This document shows, piece after piece, positions 58,201 through 64,000 of a stretch of DNA of 64,000 bases. Location: positions 3,839 to 67,838 of IMG/VR virus record IMGVR_UViG_3300022822_000017, one strand, 5' to 3'. Source of the DNA: a virus. The position numbers were made by a program, and so were the translations under genes. The stretch's first letter is position 1. The number at the start of each line of letters is the position of its first letter. The notes beneath the pieces are model-generated. The model was given only the letters and a program-made list of their open reading frames with translations, was not told where the DNA came from and did no database searches.

Positions 58201-61200
58201 GTTTGTTGCATTTAAAAATCCTAGTGAAAACCTTAAAACTGAAAAGTGGACCCTTTACAGGTTAATGGACAACTCAGGGCACTATCAAAAGATAGAAGTT
58301 GTGGGTGACTTTGGTTTATCAGAGTATGATACTACTAAATCTGTTGCTTCCACAAATGTTGTAAAAGAATTAAGTCCTGCTCAGAAAGCTAAAAATAATG
58401 CATTTGTCCCTGCACCTGCTAAGACTAACTTGTCTGCTGTAAAAAGACAGCCACAAGAATTTACTATAGAACCAACTGACAATGTTTTGGATGTTCTTAA
58501 AAAGATTAGTTTAGACAATACTTTTGAAAACCCAGGACTTTCTAGTGTTGCTAAAACAATGGTAGATTTATTTCAAGATAAAGTACTTACAACTAAGATC
58601 CAAATTATCAATGATGCTAATGCACCTATTGGAGGGTCATACACTAAAGATACTCTTACAATTAACCTAGCAGTGCCTAATGTAGCTGAAGTATTTGTAC
58701 ATGAATTTGTACACTCTGTTACTGCTGACTATATTAATGTACATTTAAACAAAGATGGTAGTTTAAAAGAAGGTGCTCCAACTGATGTAAAAGAGCTCAA
58801 TGAAGTATTTAAAGAATACTCCAGAGAACTACTTAAAAAACATCCTAAAGAAAGTGCAATATTTGCTGAGAAATGGGCAACTTATAAAGCTAACAAAACT
58901 TTATTACCAGAACAAAGAACATCAGTAGAGTTTACAGACAGAGAAAAGTCTGTATTCTATGCAGCATTAAACTTGAAAGAATTTTTAGCTATTCCTTTAT
59001 CTAATAACAAAGAGTTTTTAGAGGAAACAGGTAAAATGAAATACAAGTCTTCTGCTACACTTAGTATAGGACAAAAGTTTGCAAAAGTATTCCAAAGATT
59101 ATTGAACACTATTGCAAGTAAAGATAATACTGTAGGAAAAGATTTAATTGAATCTACTTTAAGTTTTGTAGCACAAAGAGCAAGTAAAACAAAAGCTATT
59201 CAACAAAGTATTTCTAATTCAGAGTTACAAAGACTTAAAGCATTATATGGAGATGAGTTTGAAACTGACCATTTACCAAATAATCCTCAAGAAAAGGTAG
59301 GAGATGTCATAAATAGGAGTATTGTAGAGGTAGAAAATATTTTTGAGGCAGAGGGAGGCACTTTAGAAGGAGGTATAGTAACTTTTGATAAAGGTAGTTA
59401 CAAAAGTAATTATGATGCAATGATAGGCTCTGTACAAGGTCTAAAAAATTATAATAGAGCTAATTTTAATGTTAGCTATACAAATGATTGGTATGAGACA
59501 AGAAGAGTTGGAGATAAGATACAAATTAGATTAAGTTTCCCAACTAACCTACAAAATGATTTAATTAAAAATAATGGTGTACTTAAAAAAGCAGATGTTG
59601 AACAAGAATACAGAGACATAGAATACTCTTTAACTTCAGAGACAAATGAACAAAGTTCACAAAATGCTGAACACTATTTAGAAGATAAAAAAGAGTTTTT
59701 AAAACAAATCTATAGAAGGATTAATGTCTTGAAGCAAACTTATGAAAAAGATGCTTCACAGTTAAACCAACTAAAGAAATTACAGTTAATAAGAACTCAA
59801 CTTCACAGAGACATTGAATTTTTATCTACTGAAGATGCAACAAATGAAATAATACCTATTTTCAATAGGACTTTCATTACTCTTAAAAGAGATTTAGATA
59901 TTATAAAAAATGACTTCTTAAAAGGAGAACCTATTTTAGAAAACCTTTTATTAGGTAGAAAGTATTTAGATGATTTAAGTAAGATATATAGTTCTACAGG
60001 AGAAAAGAGATTTTCTAAAGAATACTTTGGTAACATGGAAGAGGGTCCAATGAAAAAGAAGTTTGAAGACTTCCAATCAGAGTACTCTAATGTTAGTGAA
60101 CTATTAAGTCTTGCAGAAGATACTTATGTTACAGAAAATATAACTAAAGAAGATGCAACAGTAGAGAAAGAAGCTAAAAAACTAAGCCTTACAGCTAGAA
60201 CAATGGCTAAAGGATTGAGTACAGTAGAGTACTTGTTCCAAGCTATTGATGGAGACAAGAACTCTCCTATACATAATTATGCAAGAAAAGTGTATGATGA
60301 TGGTATGAGTAAAAGGGAAACTGCAGGGATGAAAAGAAGGCTTCAAGCTAGAAGAATTGCTACTGAGAAAAGACTTAAAGAACTAGGTTATGGTAGTAAA
60401 GATACTTTCTTTAGTAAGAGTGTATCTTCTGTGAGTTTTGAATTGTTTTTTAGAGAAGATGCAAATGGTGCTAACAGATTAATTAGCAGATATTCTAATA
60501 ATTGGTCAGAGTTACAAAGAAAAACTCAAAAGCTTTTATTTGCAGCTAAGAAAAACAATGTACATACTAACAAAGACCAATTAAACAGAGAAGCTTTTAA
60601 CAACTTAGAAAAAGAGCAAGTAAAGTTTGTTGATGTTACAAAATTAGCTGAAATAAACCCTGATGTAGACCCAGCTGTTGCTGAACAATATAAAAAAGAA
60701 CTTCTTTCTATTATTAAAGGTAGTAGTGACAATGTAAATAGTAACAAATCTGCAGAAAAAGAGTACAATAGATTAGTATCTGAACAAATAGACAACAGTA
60801 ATAACTTTGAATTTGATTCAGAGAGTTTATTAAGAGAGTTAATGAACATTGAAGGAGTTTCTTTAATTGAAGGGGAAACTAATGATGAGATTTTAGCTAA
60901 GTTATCTGAAGGAGCTAGAGAAAGACATGCAAACTTTATAAAATCAAATTCTCCTGTAGCTTTTATAGAAAGCTATAACAAAAACAAAACATCTGAAGTT
61001 GATGTACCAAGAAGGAACAACACTACTGGAGAAACAATTAACCAAACTAGTCCTTCAACTTTGAGATATACTTCTTTCATACCTACTACATCTGAATATA
61101 AGAGTGAAACTTTTGAAACTAAATTAGAACAGGATGAGGTTTTATATGCAGCTTGGGAAGAGTTTAGTGAAACTATTGCTTGGAACAACAGAAACAGAAA

Positions 61201-63988
61201 GTATGAAGATAATACTGATGCAAGTTCTTTCAATGACAATCAAGAGTATGAAGACAGTTTAGCTCATGAGTATGAAAGAGCAACTAAAAACCTTATGGGT
61301 ATTAAGGGTCTTAGCAAGTATATTGGAAAAGACATAGTAGAAGGTCTTCAAAATGCAGTTTCAACTTCTAGGTTTAAAGAAGTTAAAGCTAACATGAGAA
61401 TTAGTGGAGAAATTAAAAGTATAGATGAAGTTGTAAGTCAAAACATGAAAGACATGTTGCAAATACTTAAAGCTTCAAACATAAATGTAAACACTAAAAT
61501 AGAAATTAATAAATTATCTAAAGACATAGTTCAAAACTTAGAAAAGAGGTATGGTAAAGAGTTACCTACTAATGGTACTTACAAGCAGTTAGTAAAAAAG
61601 ATAGCAAGAAGAGAAGTTCTTTTATCTCAAAAAGTAAATTTATTTGATAGTTTAGATTCACAGTTAACAATGGTGGAGACTTTCAAGAATAAGAAAGAAG
61701 TAGAAATGGAATTATTGTTTGCTAAAAACATGTTCTTAAAACTAAAAGGCAATGAGGAACAAGATACTAATGCAATCAATCAAATATCTAACTTTATAAA
61801 CTACAATTTATATGGTGTAAACAACAGAGCCAATTGGAATCTAAAGAAAAGAGGAAATGTAGGTATGGTTGTTACATCTTTAAAAGACAAACAATTAAGT
61901 AAGTCAGTACAAGATTCTGTTGAACTATTAAACAGAATAAAAAACAATGTAAATGAAGAAGACCTTACAGCAGCTGAAAAACTTAAAAAAGTCTTAGAAA
62001 TAAACAAGGCTATAAAAGACTTGACCACATTTAATGAATCAGGAGGTAGAGTTATAACTACAGGATCTGTTTTTGAAGCTTTATTCTTAAAACTAGGATT
62101 AGTTTCAGGGTTAGGATTTAACCTTAAATCTCAGTTCCACAATGTTATGATAGGTAACACAGCAGGAATGCAAAATGATGGTTTAGAGTATTCTTTTGGT
62201 CACTATTACAGAGCTAAATCTTATTGTAGAAAATGGAAAATTGCAGCCAGAGAAATGAGTCCAAAGCAAAAAGAAAATCACTTGCTTACTAACACTTTAT
62301 TAAATGATTTAGGTATTTTCCAAAATTCAGCCAATGAAATTAACAATGTTAGAGAAGACAACATAGGTTCTGACTTTCAAAATTACTTTAACCCACTATA
62401 TTTAGTTGGAGAAGTAGAAAAAACTATACAAAGACCACAAATATTAGCCAAGTTAGGGGATGTTATGGTACATAAGTATGATGACAATGGAAACATACTT
62501 GAAGGTCAATCTGTACCTGTTTTTAACATCAATAATCTTGACAATCCACACCCAGCTTTTGAGTTAGACAGTGATGGAGTATTACAGATGAAGAAAGAGT
62601 TCAGACAAGATGCAGGTAACTTAAACCAAAAAACTTGGATAGATAAAACTTCTCAAGATAAAGATTTCAAACAAGAAAGTGTAGACAAAAATGGAAACAT
62701 TGTAGCTCAAAGTTATGCAGGTCTATTTGGAGAATCAGGAGTGTTACCTAGTATGATTGCCAGAATGAATGGAGATTATAGAAGCACTTCTATGCCAGGT
62801 ATAAAGAATACCTCTGCAGGTGCATTAGCAATGATGTTTAAGACTTGGATGACATCTTACTTTATGAGGAGATTCCATCCTGAGTATGGTGTGTACAGTA
62901 ATTTAGCAAAAAACAACAGAAATGTAGAACTAGGTACTGCAGTAATAGCTTCTAGGGCAGCAGCTACAATGGGAAATGCATTACTTCTTAACTCTCCTTT
63001 AGCTTTAGTAGTGACTGCAGTAGGAGCATTTGGTGGGTACCATTTCTATAAGAGCATGAAAAATGATTCTATAAAAGGTAAAGCTATCTTGAAAGAGATA
63101 AACCTTTTAAGTGGGGTAATAAAAGCAAGTAGAACATTAGGTGCAGCTGGGTTAAAAACTGGTCAAATAGCTCTTAGAACTTTAAATGTAGCTGGTAGTG
63201 GAGAGTACATTACTGATGCCAGAATAAATAGGGCTTTAGGTATGAAGCAAGGAGAGCAGTCAAATGAAGACTATGCTAAAGATCAAGCTAGAATGAGTTT
63301 CTTACTTACAGAATTAGCTGCAAGTATCAACACTTTAGTTTTAAAAGGTCTGGCTCAAGCAATATATCACATGGCTACTGATGGGGATGAAGAAGAAAGT
63401 AAAACAGCCTTAGCTATACATTATGCAGTAGAAAACTTACTAGCTAGATACTTAGATGAAATCAATTTAATGACTTCTTTTGAAGAGCTATTATCTACAG
63501 CTTTAGATGGAAATTCAAGTTCTTCAAATGATAAGCTTGAACAAATATTTGATGCTGTTACTATGACACTTCAAGGTAAGGGTACAATCAAAGAAGGAGA
63601 TAATAAAGGAGATAATAGAATCCTTAACAAACTTGGTAATGCAGCTATGCCTAAAGGTTTACAAGAACTTTTAAATGGTGGTGTTCCTACTCTTGGTTTT
63701 GGGTCTTCTACTGAAAAAGATTATGAGCCTGATGACCAGTTTAATCAACTACAACACAGTGATAAAAAAGTTTACACTGATGCTAGAGCAATACAAGTAG
63801 AAAAAGCAAAAGAGATTAAAGAAGAGGAAATCAAAAAAGCTCATCCTGGTTGGAATGATGAATATGTAACAAAGCAAGTTAATAAGTTTATCAAGTCTTA
63901 TTATCCTTCTATAACAGAGAAGCATTTTGATTGGAAAGGAGAAGTAAACTCTTACTACAAGAAGAGGTACAAAAGATACTTTAAGTAA
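55283..63988 (+). CDS. giant virion protein; N-terminal part is the catalytic (beta-prime-like) half of the virion RNA polymerase, followed by a zincin-like domain
   Basis: FRTPTSSHGS and GQDFDIDK (DxDxD at 55931-55945); HEFVH at 58700-58714 with downstream LKEFLA. Confidence 0.85.
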   Translation: MAIKCLKTTKIIPLKEAYLKAVKDDMSDKEVRDLSTKLVVDYFNTLDKEMSELKKGLGNTKIQPKSVTYEAKSLEELNPLVAQEVVTEKRTVTRNKKKPRISAIVPGNQVVYLGDYSGAELKGNEVLAPSKVKLNGTLIDLFESDKSGYKYIIENADGSFQINEDKIDPTLFENFGFRTPTSSHGSGSFIKIVGFIPAIMGDLMITPKNFVTQMGQDFDIDKLTAYQYHHALNSEGKIVKLNESFKENSLESLKKDLVELSKQGSIAGNTGIAVAFLDKAITEAKYGLTEQELTDIILSEDAEVEAKIKKASNAFDMKMAQNKFIEIHNIVYNNQSPEIQRRINKVLSMDVATSQAEGIEAATTSGNSAINILSPNYQMNKLISGSTGSTAIGIYAKGVTFNSLVQQSKTSLGLIALNDKGEDIAKEIRIGNITSDGTFGRSKTISRKNASEVELFLARTTTEVMDEKVNTATDNEKAQILGRVGITHIDSVAVDNLLSLLGVDLEIKTILESEYNVENKFHKKAIVDGKPVFYEQYSIPYLLHSQPIIQEYFDRLKNAKSIVGDSQPNIEDVIFEELTRGHKFTAKSAETAQSDMTGKALVANLGASANTTSQKEILNIYRNLIADAKQVKELNQVVDLSNVGKSMWELKDKIETFEELKNPDGKFNKLFDNPLSLMGEIQDGEFVATTNQGKMVSTALEMGRKLFYDLYPYYDSYIEEKIHNIETSANYTGSKTALQEVIFQEIKKYVTSDPKNGVFTASPTLSREKIFFNKDGNQSLSRYMGDLRSKNSIIKDNVLLNALSHTVGINGKPDIIKFDNTEGANITEEDFHIAFKELLVSDVALPDRNGQPYSTRKMAQELVAYSHLSGGIISEVIEFHKYIPLEYYEDLVAINTTSTGKKQKTKSIRMMQRYDTKINKWGDSDLLRNFETQFFQNNPNYAPILTKKQKEQNATIDGDRMHLTIEEGATHKKFVAFKNPSENLKTEKWTLYRLMDNSGHYQKIEVVGDFGLSEYDTTKSVASTNVVKELSPAQKAKNNAFVPAPAKTNLSAVKRQPQEFTIEPTDNVLDVLKKISLDNTFENPGLSSVAKTMVDLFQDKVLTTKIQIINDANAPIGGSYTKDTLTINLAVPNVAEVFVHEFVHSVTADYINVHLNKDGSLKEGAPTDVKELNEVFKEYSRELLKKHPKESAIFAEKWATYKANKTLLPEQRTSVEFTDREKSVFYAALNLKEFLAIPLSNNKEFLEETGKMKYKSSATLSIGQKFAKVFQRLLNTIASKDNTVGKDLIESTLSFVAQRASKTKAIQQSISNSELQRLKALYGDEFETDHLPNNPQEKVGDVINRSIVEVENIFEAEGGTLEGGIVTFDKGSYKSNYDAMIGSVQGLKNYNRANFNVSYTNDWYETRRVGDKIQIRLSFPTNLQNDLIKNNGVLKKADVEQEYRDIEYSLTSETNEQSSQNAEHYLEDKKEFLKQIYRRINVLKQTYEKDASQLNQLKKLQLIRTQLHRDIEFLSTEDATNEIIPIFNRTFITLKRDLDIIKNDFLKGEPILENLLLGRKYLDDLSKIYSSTGEKRFSKEYFGNMEEGPMKKKFEDFQSEYSNVSELLSLAEDTYVTENITKEDATVEKEAKKLSLTARTMAKGLSTVEYLFQAIDGDKNSPIHNYARKVYDDGMSKRETAGMKRRLQARRIATEKRLKELGYGSKDTFFSKSVSSVSFELFFREDANGANRLISRYSNNWSELQRKTQKLLFAAKKNNVHTNKDQLNREAFNNLEKEQVKFVDVTKLAEINPDVDPAVAEQYKKELLSIIKGSSDNVNSNKSAEKEYNRLVSEQIDNSNNFEFDSESLLRELMNIEGVSLIEGETNDEILAKLSEGARERHANFIKSNSPVAFIESYNKNKTSEVDVPRRNNTTGETINQTSPSTLRYTSFIPTTSEYKSETFETKLEQDEVLYAAWEEFSETIAWNNRNRKYEDNTDASSFNDNQEYEDSLAHEYERATKNLMGIKGLSKYIGKDIVEGLQNAVSTSRFKEVKANMRISGEIKSIDEVVSQNMKDMLQILKASNINVNTKIEINKLSKDIVQNLEKRYGKELPTNGTYKQLVKKIARREVLLSQKVNLFDSLDSQLTMVETFKNKKEVEMELLFAKNMFLKLKGNEEQDTNAINQISNFINYNLYGVNNRANWNLKKRGNVGMVVTSLKDKQLSKSVQDSVELLNRIKNNVNEEDLTAAEKLKKVLEINKAIKDLTTFNESGGRVITTGSVFEALFLKLGLVSGLGFNLKSQFHNVMIGNTAGMQNDGLEYSFGHYYRAKSYCRKWKIAAREMSPKQKENHLLTNTLLNDLGIFQNSANEINNVREDNIGSDFQNYFNPLYLVGEVEKTIQRPQILAKLGDVMVHKYDDNGNILEGQSVPVFNINNLDNPHPAFELDSDGVLQMKKEFRQDAGNLNQKTWIDKTSQDKDFKQESVDKNGNIVAQSYAGLFGESGVLPSMIARMNGDYRSTSMPGIKNTSAGALAMMFKTWMTSYFMRRFHPEYGVYSNLAKNNRNVELGTAVIASRAAATMGNALLLNSPLALVVTAVGAFGGYHFYKSMKNDSIKGKAILKEINLLSGVIKASRTLGAAGLKTGQIALRTLNVAGSGEYITDARINRALGMKQGEQSNEDYAKDQARMSFLLTELAASINTLVLKGLAQAIYHMATDGDEEESKTALAIHYAVENLLARYLDEINLMTSFEELLSTALDGNSSSSNDKLEQIFDAVTMTLQGKGTIKEGDNKGDNRILNKLGNAAMPKGLQELLNGGVPTLGFGSSTEKDYEPDDQFNQLQHSDKKVYTDARAIQVEKAKEIKEEEIKKAHPGWNDEYVTKQVNKFIKSYYPSITEKHFDWKGEVNSYYKKRYKRYFK

Positions 63989-64000
63989 AAAGAAAAAAAA

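Noticed and set aside
1-64000. Stop-codon reassignment, common in some crAss-like phages
   Set aside because: Genes are intact and densely tiled in the standard code, including ORFs of ~3000 aa; TAG and TGA act as true stops overlapping next starts.
1-64000. tRNA, rRNA or other structured RNA genes
   Set aside because: Intergenic gaps are short (at most ~150 nt) and show no cloverleaf or T-loop signature.

Overview
The window is 64 kb of an AT-rich, entirely plus-strand late/virion region of a crAss-like (Crassvirales-type) phage. The host is probably a Bacteroidota/Flavobacteriia bacterium (A-rich, mostly SD-less starts, a TAnnTTTG element, DUF1573- and SprB-like domains). Gene order: small genes, terminase, portal, scaffold, major capsid, ring/auxiliary capsid, an accessory fibre plus surface-modification island (13.5-25.1 kb), lysis genes, PD-(D/E)XK nuclease, tail ring/muzzle, cargo proteins, and a virion RNA polymerase carried on two giant ORFs separated by a 10-gene cassette. 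Top observations: (1) two Thr/Ser decapeptide-repeat proteins (19223-20926, 21574-23208) mirror each other, with 54 repeats each, mirrored 2-residue deletions and compensatory substitutions at a constant register (residue n faces residue 553-n). This implies a sequence-complementary antiparallel protein duplex, embedded among glycosyl-, nucleotidyl- and methyltransferase-like genes. (2) The CG dinucleotide is almost eliminated (about a dozen seen in 64 kb, all in RCGY context). (3) The RNAP is split at a site where both halves carry extra Cys-containing terminal segments. All family assignments come from motif recognition and synteny, without database searches; all counts were made by hand.
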